DNA of 33,662 nucleotides from a virus (lineage: Duplodnaviria > Caudoviricetes). Made by a program: the position numbers and the translations under genes. Shown one piece after another: positions 27,401 to 33,662 of the stretch (position 1 is its first letter; each line of letters starts with the position of its first letter). The DNA lies in the IMG/VR virus record IMGVR_UViG_3300006802_000284, positions 1 through 33,662 of that record; one strand, written 5' to 3'. Below the pieces are notes generated by a model, which was not told the origin of the DNA, made no database searches, and worked only from the letters and a program-made list of their open reading frames with translations.

Positions 27401-29080
27401 TCCGGTAGTCTTGAGAGCGCCAGTACCTCCCCCAAACCTTTGACTGCGAGTCCCCGTTACGTTTGTTGAATATCCGTATTTGCCTGCTCCAAAGAGGGTT
27501 CTTATAAAACTTTCATCATCCGGAATCACTGGATCCATCAATTTAGATTCATCAATGGATCTTTTTACTTGGATAAGGAATCCATTACCCCTGGCATTAG
27601 GCACTACTTCGAAGTCAGTGAACCCCCTTGCAGTAGCAGCTTTCCTTGCGCTGTCTTCACTAAAGAAAGGATTGCCAGAACGCGCTTGAAGGTAAACCCC
27701 GATGAACTGGTTGTTCTGTTCCGGAAGATGTTCAAAATAAGCCAAGTCTTTTCCAGAGAATTCTGTGCGCTGGATTCTTGCTTGCTCTGCCGCAATCTGC
27801 ATAGGACTTGCTTCTACCCTGAGCGGCTCAATTGTACGCTCAATACCGCTTTCAATAGTATCTATGTTTCTCTGAACACTAGAAAGAAGTTCGGGATCTT
27901 GGATTCCACGAGGGTAATTCATCTGAGTTAGAGAACGCCAATTAGCCGCAGTAACCTTTCCTGTCTTTATTTGGTTAGCAAGAATTTTAGCGGCAGTGGT
28001 ACTCCCGTATACAGTTTTAACTAGGTCTATTCCAGAAAGCGCAAAAGGAATATCTAAAACAGGGTTATCAATTATATTTTGAAAAGTAGGTTCCATCAGT
28101 ACGCCCATAACTTTACTTTCTGGATCCAAAACCTTGCCAAGCAAATTTTCTTGCTTCCTACCTTCCTCGTCAATTACTGTTTTAATCTCTGCAAGTTCTT
28201 TAAATGCAGGATTATCCAACTGGCCCGTGCCGAGACTGTCGATCAAAAGATTAGTTGCTGCCAAAGGATTGTTTTTAAAGTCATCGCTCAGATAATAATT
28301 TCGAACATTGTCCCTGACAACATTAAGCCTTTTAATAAATTCTTCATCAGAAATACTTGGGTCGAACAATTCAGAAGAAGTAATTTTGGATTGACTTCCC
28401 GGAAAAAAGAATGAAACACCAATACCAGATTTAGCAAAAGAATAAATACTGTTGACATATGTCATCAGCAAATCTTTCCCCATTTTAGCAGCTTTAGGTT
28501 GCGCCGCTGCCGCAAAAGGTGCGCCCATAGGAGCAAGAGCGCCCCCAGCAATTGCCATTGCCTGAGAGTATTGCTGCATCTCTTCTTCGTTTATTCCGTA
28601 AGCCCTGTCATATTCTGACATAACCTCGTTCAAGGCATTATTCAATGCAAGAAGACGAGCATTCTTCTGCGTATCCAAACCCAAATCTTCTGGGGTAGTT
28701 ACTTGACTAAAATCAGAATCTTTAATTACTGCCGCATAATCCGCAGCAAGATTATGGACAACCATATCAGGAATTTCTTGCGGTACTCCGCCTCTAACAA
28801 CTCCTTCTGCTAGATCTACATTTCCTTCTCTTAAAGCAGAGTCAAGGATATTCCCAGAAATTTGTTTGTTACCTTGGTTAGCTTTCTGAACCAACTCTTC
28901 TTTCATAAACGGTTCATCGCCGTTCTTTAATCGAAGACGATTAAGTTCCATTGCATTCTCTGACAGATTTCCTTGAGCTGTACTAAACTGCAAAGCCAAA
29001 GAATCCAAATGCTCAGGAGTGTACAACTCCTTTTGCCTAGGAGGCGTAATAGAATACGTTTGCTCCAGTTCTATAGCCAT
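24407..29080 (-). CDS. Large internal virion (ejection) protein
   Basis: 1557 aa; position matches the podovirus ejection module; no catalytic motif recognised. Confidence 0.65.
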   Translation of the reverse strand: MAIELEQTYSITPPRQKELYTPEHLDSLALQFSTAQGNLSENAMELNRLRLKNGDEPFMKEELVQKANQGNKQISGNILDSALREGNVDLAEGVVRGGVPQEIPDMVVHNLAADYAAVIKDSDFSQVTTPEDLGLDTQKNARLLALNNALNEVMSEYDRAYGINEEEMQQYSQAMAIAGGALAPMGAPFAAAAQPKAAKMGKDLLMTYVNSIYSFAKSGIGVSFFFPGSQSKITSSELFDPSISDEEFIKRLNVVRDNVRNYYLSDDFKNNPLAATNLLIDSLGTGQLDNPAFKELAEIKTVIDEEGRKQENLLGKVLDPESKVMGVLMEPTFQNIIDNPVLDIPFALSGIDLVKTVYGSTTAAKILANQIKTGKVTAANWRSLTQMNYPRGIQDPELLSSVQRNIDTIESGIERTIEPLRVEASPMQIAAEQARIQRTEFSGKDLAYFEHLPEQNNQFIGVYLQARSGNPFFSEDSARKAATARGFTDFEVVPNARGNGFLIQVKRSIDESKLMDPVIPDDESFIRTLFGAGKYGYSTNVTGTRSQRFGGGTGALKTTGYLKLYDPLLEKFSKLSREDAKSVANVILKGMRTPHPTDPSGRTLGKWFETESELNQAFIDIYQRPATFVEKDAYYAYRMASDLDYVLMNKAKRDWIVANGYNHIKFNGLKNLTEPVIGKIVENTGPIAKDAKFLLPNGQVVDKTAAAASIANKDNVVVSVYGRMTWGDDEITHIIHNRNDVASSGVNKYVLGYTEGGPRRYAETHLVKQDGIDGNLITHAIFPSRKKALEHAARMEAVSKEFKDYKAAVQKLGPGANAQAVNALRRQHDAAIQAAHDGYTLQRVEDEVLRGRFNPDSEFVHLYDREAMPREGILGDPNLQSYQYRGGLYYSPRGEHLTNGYLEQYADLISPFEALGDQIAHASRMAGFNDFAIKEINSWMAKYGKFLELKDPNIRFPSPEQRFRDGTWRPSINLSLEKKTIAEAQRMHILREVGHISGFNKKVLETKTNIAKAMANSLGDKSFAKWIPKAVKRGTIVTDNDAVNFLKALNYIRYMGFIYPGQFLLQGSSALLAVARGGLNGIPAFKDAPFILMASASDFNNRVVKILDTEASLALGYKKGDFTKMLYDWQRTNLKEIGKTEGTLDTIADIGNLTGPISRAFSKTTEFGLIPTFEGEKFVNATSFGIARREAIDLSKKGQFKQGSDEYIAWIQGRSNELQNNVRSGNSFWWQRNDATALTMQMLNWSWKQTESLLFLDRSLTGAERLRFIAASIGLWGANGFPGGTAIADYYFKQAAERAEKTGEEPPSMEAMKKVYLGGVDALSRMLGIDSAFSSRMGNGTLLSTLYTDFLETKQSVLAAYGGVSSSTVMDVYNVFPALGEIFAAASLRQAQSEEVDWGGVFDAGDLIFSELAGLTSSWNTASKAYFAEKLGFEINRKRNAITNYNAEAYPNFLRWLGIASGDETIAFRVNEWDKNKQQMMWDYASSIVELEIRYEAALRDGSVSRMNQAKVSMQVLLDTIPDSIQGEVDSKAASIMRNPTTQKRLEEAKKQGFISK

Positions 29081-29514
29081 TAGAGCCTTCCCTGTTTCGC
29101 CGCGAGTCCGAAATTAGCAAGCTGACCAAAAATATCCGACGCTGCTCCATATGTACCAGCACGGCCTTGCGATCTAGCGGCATTAGCCAAGAACTGTGTT
29201 TGGTTCATTGCTGCTTGCTGCTGCATACCCTGGAATCCAAGAGCAGCCCCTGCTTGGCTTTGAATGCTGCCGATAGCGCCAGCTTGTCCTGATCCCATAG
29301 CTCCGGTGTTGGTAGCGGATTGCTGTACCATAGCGGAACGGATACGAGCCTCTCTAATTGCCTGCACAGCACTCTTTCGGTTCTGCTCCATCTGGATGGC
29401 AGTCTCTACTTTCTGTGCCCTACGCTGCTCCTTAGCTGCGTCCTTGGCTTCTTTTGCAGCCATGACTTGAGAGCCTACACTCCCTACTAGACTTGCAATA
29501 ATTGCAACACCCAT
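29080..29514 (-). CDS. Small internal virion protein (T7 gp14-like)
   Basis: Hydrophobic Gly/Ala-rich N-terminus and Gln/Ala-rich body; GAGGT RBS. Confidence 0.7.
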   Translation of the reverse strand: MGVAIIASLVGSVGSQVMAAKEAKDAAKEQRRAQKVETAIQMEQNRKSAVQAIREARIRSAMVQQSATNTGAMGSGQAGAIGSIQSQAGAALGFQGMQQQAAMNQTQFLANAARSQGRAGTYGAASDIFGQLANFGLAAKQGRL

Positions 29515-29805
29515 TTAATGTACCTCGAACTTAAACAATTGATAAACATTCTGATCTATTCCTACCATGTATTTCTCGGTAGGATAGAATCCCAGCATAG
29601 CCATGAACTTCTCTTGCTTCTCCGATACCCAAGGAGCATACAAGGGTTCTTTAATCATCATCTGCAACTGACAGACTTGGCCCATCAAGCACTTGTATAC
29701 GGTGTGAGTCCACCTCTTTATTGTGCAGTGCAGGATAACTTCACCAGTAGGCGCTCGATCTCCCGAGATCCTCCAGTACAGATTCTCATCCAGTACGGAC
29801 ATCAT
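29515..29805 (-). CDS. Hypothetical protein at the T7 gp13-like position (possible degenerate GNAT fold)
   Basis: ATGA overlap with the nozzle C-fragment; KFMAMLGF motif; start uncertain. Confidence 0.55.
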   Translation of the reverse strand: MMSVLDENLYWRISGDRAPTGEVILHCTIKRWTHTVYKCLMGQVCQLQMMIKEPLYAPWVSEKQEKFMAMLGFYPTEKYMVGIDQNVYQLFKFEVH

Positions 29806-30089
29806 ACTTCGCGGTTCCATCCTAGTTCCACGCTCCAACCTAGAAGCTGGCAGTCCTTCCCTGGTTCTGTCCTGAATCGAAAAGACAACGCTCTACCTTT
29901 ACCGCGTATCTTGTTACGAGTAGTAATAACAGATAGTCCGTCGCTAAGGCTGCTGTTAGTTTCCTCAACAAATAAAGGTTGCCTAAAACGATAGGCTTGG
30001 AACTCGCTTCCCCAACGATTAGAGTCTTCGGAGGTTGTCCATTCCCATCGAGCCTGTACTAGACATGATGATTGATTCTGTAGTGCCAT
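29802..30089 (-). CDS. Tail tubular/nozzle protein, separately encoded C-terminal fragment
   Basis: NQSSCLVQARWEWT..S.RWG..FQAYRF...VITTRNKIRGKGRALSFRF..EPGKDCQLLGW is the characteristic C-terminus of this protein family; TAAGGT RBS. Confidence 0.8.
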   Translation of the reverse strand: MALQNQSSCLVQARWEWTTSEDSNRWGSEFQAYRFRQPLFVEETNSSLSDGLSVITTRNKIRGKGRALSFRFRTEPGKDCQLLGWSVELGWNREV

Positions 30090-30098
30090 GTTATTACC

Positions 30099-31805
30099 TT
30101 AAACAGGAGTTCCGTCTGGGAATGCAGCAGATGGAGGAGTAAAATTGCTAGTATATCTAGCCACACCTTTAGTTATTCGCATCTCTTCCATCCATCCATT
30201 AAAGCTATAACCAATCACATCAAATGTTTCATGGGCTGCGCTATCTGCTCCCCAACGAAATCTTCCAGTTGTATACGAATACGTATCGGTCAACTCTAAT
30301 CCAGTTTTTTGACCATCTATATACATTTTGACAAGATTATTGGATTTAACAACAGCAACATGATACCAGACGCTTGTTGATAGTGTAAAAGAAGAGCTTA
30401 GATACGTTGAATTTACATTATAGGCAAGAACACCAGCAGGAGAAAGTCTTAGTTGGTTATGCCTAGCATAAAAGTTAATAGGACAAGAATCAAAAATAAT
30501 AGCTAGGTTTGTAGATTTTTGTTTAATATTCAACCAAGTTTCAATAGTCCAATCATCAGAACCAAGCATCATTTCTGTAGTGCCTGGGTTTTCAATACAA
30601 GCGCCTCCACCAGTGGCGACACCAGTTCCAGCAAAACGAACAGAACTTATTCCAAATTTTTTCTCTGATGTGTCTATATAGGCTTTATTAGTTACAGTCA
30701 CAGGCCAATTATATTTACTGCTATCTTGTATATTGACAGAAGAAAGAGTACCTTCTCCGTGTATAAGCCAGACTACATTATCAAAATAAGGATCCGAGCT
30801 TGTGTACGCAACACTTGCGGTAGTGAAATCGGAACTTCCAGTAATACCTATTTCCCACATCCTACGAATTTGGTGCGGAGTAATCTCGTCAAAATGAACA
30901 AAAGGCTCATCAATTACGTTATTATGCCAATAAATTTTTTGTGTCCCCGGAAACCCTACGCCACTAAGTCCAACACTATTAGTTAAAGTTGACCAAGCAA
31001 CGGCTTGGTATGCTGAGTCTCCAAAATACCCGCCAGCAACAGAACCTATTCCTCCGTTTCTATGGTATGGAATTTGCCTTCCATTTGCGTACAATTTAAA
31101 TACAGGACAGAGGGATGCTTCAGCCGTTTGATAGCTGGTTGGATCACAGTAAACTGCTACAAATTGTACAGTATCGTTTTCAACACAACTAAAGTCTGTT
31201 TCAAAAGAAATTCTGTTAGTGTATGAGTTTCCTCGCCCATTTCCAAATTGCGCCCAAATTTTACCGTTGACTAATTCAACCCATAGCCCGCGATAAACAT
31301 TGTAGCTGCTAGCATCAAGTTTATCCGCAGGAGATCCAAGATTGGATTGAAATAACAAAGCGGTTCCTTGGTTTTGAACCTTCGGTCTTACCCATATACC
31401 AGCAGTAAAAGGTTGCGTACCGTTAATTTCAACATTAGGCGCATAAATAACAGTTCTATCGGCACTCCCTGCTGGAACAAGAGCAGAAGAGTCTTCTGTT
31501 CCTAATGTTACTGCAAAAGTCTTACTCATTGAATTTCTATCGCTGCTATACAGAATAGCTGTGCCGCCAGTTCCTCTATTAGTTTGCGATATAGAGGATG
31601 TTGCTGTAACATCCAACCGCATCTTCCACCAGTACTGAAGTGTAGGTCCGCCTGACCAACCACTTACGTAATCATCATACGGATATCTCCCGCCTGATGG
31701 CGGGCCAAACGGATCCACAGGAGAATCAGCAGAAATGCTTTCAGTCTTGTTGAAATGCACAACAAGCCACGGAGAGTACTTCTGTCGAGATGCACCTATA
31801 CGCAT
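30099..31805 (-). CDS. Two-LamG (concanavalin-like) domain tail module with an N-terminal nozzle-derived peptide
   Basis: SRQKYSPWLVVHFNKTE; LamG1 (FTAGIWV...LYANG...IDE); LamG2 (DPYFDNV...DWTIETW...WYHVAVV...MYIDG...EMRITKGVARYTSNFTPP). Confidence 0.8.
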   Translation of the reverse strand: MRIGASRQKYSPWLVVHFNKTESISADSPVDPFGPPSGGRYPYDDYVSGWSGGPTLQYWWKMRLDVTATSSISQTNRGTGGTAILYSSDRNSMSKTFAVTLGTEDSSALVPAGSADRTVIYAPNVEINGTQPFTAGIWVRPKVQNQGTALLFQSNLGSPADKLDASSYNVYRGLWVELVNGKIWAQFGNGRGNSYTNRISFETDFSCVENDTVQFVAVYCDPTSYQTAEASLCPVFKLYANGRQIPYHRNGGIGSVAGGYFGDSAYQAVAWSTLTNSVGLSGVGFPGTQKIYWHNNVIDEPFVHFDEITPHQIRRMWEIGITGSSDFTTASVAYTSSDPYFDNVVWLIHGEGTLSSVNIQDSSKYNWPVTVTNKAYIDTSEKKFGISSVRFAGTGVATGGGACIENPGTTEMMLGSDDWTIETWLNIKQKSTNLAIIFDSCPINFYARHNQLRLSPAGVLAYNVNSTYLSSSFTLSTSVWYHVAVVKSNNLVKMYIDGQKTGLELTDTYSYTTGRFRWGADSAAHETFDVIGYSFNGWMEEMRITKGVARYTSNFTPPSAAFPDGTPV

Positions 31806-32807
31806 TTAAAATTTACCCAAATCCCACATTGTTTCAATTTCAGTCTGAGTTAACCATCTATTTATATGGCCTATTTGATCTATTTTTCCTACTAAAGAAT
31901 AATTTACAGCGGTTGGTTGTGCACCTGTATTAGCCCCGTATACTCCAAAATTTGTGTTATCGCCAGACGGCCACGAAGTTGTAGTTGCAGTTCCACTAGT
32001 ATAAGCCATACTAATTTTTACACCATTAACCCAAACCTCGAAAACATTATTTGCAGCAACTGTACTTGGAGTACAGTTCACTACTATAAATGTAGGTGTA
32101 TCCAAACTTACTACAGAGACAGGAGATTCGTAAGTTCTTCTATTAGGGAGATCAGGTAATCCTCCATTTCCAAACTCTAATCTCGCTTTTAATGCAGAAG
32201 TTATATAAAATTGTAGTCCACGATAATACATCGTATTATGGGTTCTAAATATATAATTTGTTTTGGCCTTCTCTAAAATAAACCAACCATGCAATGAAAA
32301 AGGAGAAGCAGTCGTAAAACCGGAACCAAGTGCAGTAGATGTTACTAATCCAAATGGTACGTTTGAAGAAGATATCGAAAGATCTTTAATATCTAAAAAT
32401 CTTATGGATTTTTTATCGTAAGTTCCGTTAGTTACTGTACTTACTTGAGATTCGTACCCAAGCCCTATTGTACTTGAACCTGATCTTGTTATTGGGTAAA
32501 TTTGAGTACCAGAATTTATTCCACTGGTGTCAGGATAGTCGAAAGCCTCTGATAATTTCCACCAGTTATCTAAATTTAAAGTAGAAACATAATCATCATA
32601 CGGTTCTCCACCCCCTCCTCCTCCATTATCAGGAGATTCCCAAGGTTGTACCGCAAGATCAGGAACAATTATTTCCGTTCTGTTAAAATACGCGGTTAGG
32701 TAAGGAGCCATTTTATATCTAGATGGAGATATAAAACTTGATTGGCCATCTTGTTGATTTTGAAAATTTTGTGTATTCCAAGATTGTATCCTACGAATAG
32801 GTTTCAC
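31806..32807 (-). CDS. Single-LamG tail module with an N-terminal nozzle-derived peptide
   Basis: SRYKMAPYLTAYFNRTE, Gly linker, LamG (FSLHGWF...VWVNG...GKIDQI...LTQTEI); GTGA overlap with the upstream stop. Confidence 0.78.
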   Translation of the reverse strand: MKPIRRIQSWNTQNFQNQQDGQSSFISPSRYKMAPYLTAYFNRTEIIVPDLAVQPWESPDNGGGGGGEPYDDYVSTLNLDNWWKLSEAFDYPDTSGINSGTQIYPITRSGSSTIGLGYESQVSTVTNGTYDKKSIRFLDIKDLSISSSNVPFGLVTSTALGSGFTTASPFSLHGWFILEKAKTNYIFRTHNTMYYRGLQFYITSALKARLEFGNGGLPDLPNRRTYESPVSVVSLDTPTFIVVNCTPSTVAANNVFEVWVNGVKISMAYTSGTATTTSWPSGDNTNFGVYGANTGAQPTAVNYSLVGKIDQIGHINRWLTQTEIETMWDLGKF

Positions 32808-33662
32808 AGAAGATACCCCGTTATAAGATAGGCGGCTGCGTCTACTGCTGACCAGTCCTCAAAGTTTTCATTATTGTAATAGAATAAAGACATTGAGTAC
32901 GTATGAGAATCCTGTTCTTCAAGCCCTGTATATCGGAAATCAGAGCCAACTACGTTTCTATATGCTACTGGCGTCGTTAAATATCCTGTTACTCTAGGAG
33001 TAGCGATAAAAGTAACTGAAAGATCGTAAAACTTGAAGCGACTCCATGCAGGCATAGAGAGATCCAGGATCAATTCATGCGTGAACTTTTGAGGCGCATC
33101 CGCATTGTATTCTTGCTGGTACAACCAACGGCAGCGATACGATGCGTCATCGTATATACCGATAGCGTTGTTCTTGCAGTTGTACGGAATAGCGTTATAT
33201 AGACGCTGAATCGTGTACTCAGTCAAGGATTGGAATTCAATACCTGTCTGCCCTACGCCCAGAGCAAAGATACCGTTACGGCTCCAGTACAGCACTGCAT
33301 CCGGCGTGACAACAATACTGTCGGTAGACAAAGCCCCATTGTTCGTGAGGAACTTTGACTGGTATTCGGTAGCCGTAAAGCCCCTATCTCCCCCAGCAAT
33401 AGACCATACGCCATTGTCCGCAAAGACAAGAAGCTCGCTTTTAAAAGGTATCAGTGCTTTGATGTTTACTGCATCAGGAAGCTGTATGTATCCTCCATCT
33501 GTATCAATCATATCCGAGATATCTTCGGCAGTAGGATCCGCTTCTTGATAGCACTTCCCGAGATCCTGGATTGAGTCCACCAATTTAGAGAACAGCACGA
33601 ATGTGCCAATATGGGGACTCTTGGAGTCTCCTCCAGTTTCCCCAGCAGAACAGGCATAGAAG
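32804..33662 (-). CDS. Tail tubular protein B/nozzle, N-terminal part (5' end outside the window)
   Basis: Frame is open to the window edge (FYACSAG...). CYQEADPTAE..SD.IDTDGG.I..P, LLVFADNGVWSI.G, YWSRNGIF; ends early at AYLITGYLL. Confidence 0.85.
   Translation of the reverse strand, partial: FYACSAGETGGDSKSPHIGTFVLFSKLVDSIQDLGKCYQEADPTAEDISDMIDTDGGYIQLPDAVNIKALIPFKSELLVFADNGVWSIAGGDRGFTATEYQSKFLTNNGALSTDSIVVTPDAVLYWSRNGIFALGVGQTGIEFQSLTEYTIQRLYNAIPYNCKNNAIGIYDDASYRCRWLYQQEYNADAPQKFTHELILDLSMPAWSRFKFYDLSVTFIATPRVTGYLTTPVAYRNVVGSDFRYTGLEEQDSHTYSMSLFYYNNENFEDWSAVDAAAYLITGYLL

Noticed and set aside
29802-32807. Stop-codon reassignment, intron or intein as the explanation for the split nozzle
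   Set aside because: TAA, TAG and TGA all end well-conserved genes normally. I saw no group I/II intron or intein (C...HN) signatures, and the inserts encode LamG domains rather than homing endonucleases.
13291-33548. Numerous antisense or alternate-frame ORFs over the replication and structural genes
   Set aside because: They overlap genes with clear motifs and lack RBS or recognisable domains.
1-33662. tRNA genes, integrase, phage RNA polymerase, terminase, portal and major capsid
   Set aside because: None recognised in this window; head and packaging genes presumably lie in the unseen part of the genome.

Overview
The window is most of a lytic podovirus genome, T7-supergroup-like but with no RNA polymerase gene in view. 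The layout resembles the SIO1/VpV262/cobavirus (Zobellviridae-like) type; this is an inference from gene content and two-arm organisation. It appears circularly permuted around a ~1 kb non-coding control region (7370-8381). Rightward (+): about 20 small early genes, primase-helicase, family A DNA polymerase, probable SSB, 5'-3' exonuclease, endonuclease VII, metallophosphoesterase, DUF3310 protein and class II ribonucleotide reductase, ending at a hairpin terminator near 22215-22232. Leftward (-): late genes for tail nozzle pieces, LamG modules, internal virion proteins and an M15 endolysin, and, left of the control region, basic proteins, a holin, a cassette of three glycosyltransferases plus a methyltransferase, and a Ser/Thr-rich repeat fibre. 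Most notable: (1) a tail nozzle gene split into N- and C-terminal ORFs, with the missing conserved internal peptide present twice, each copy heading a separate LamG lectin-like protein; (2) a complete type II hammerhead ribozyme in the early operon; (3) clustered sigma54-type -24/-12 motifs in the control region; (4) two AGTACT arrays sharing an AACCTAAAGGTTTA core; (5) a putative virion glycosylation cassette; (6) a 29-codon N/C-fused remnant of a methylase-like gene. Family assignments come from recognised motifs and were not confirmed by database search.
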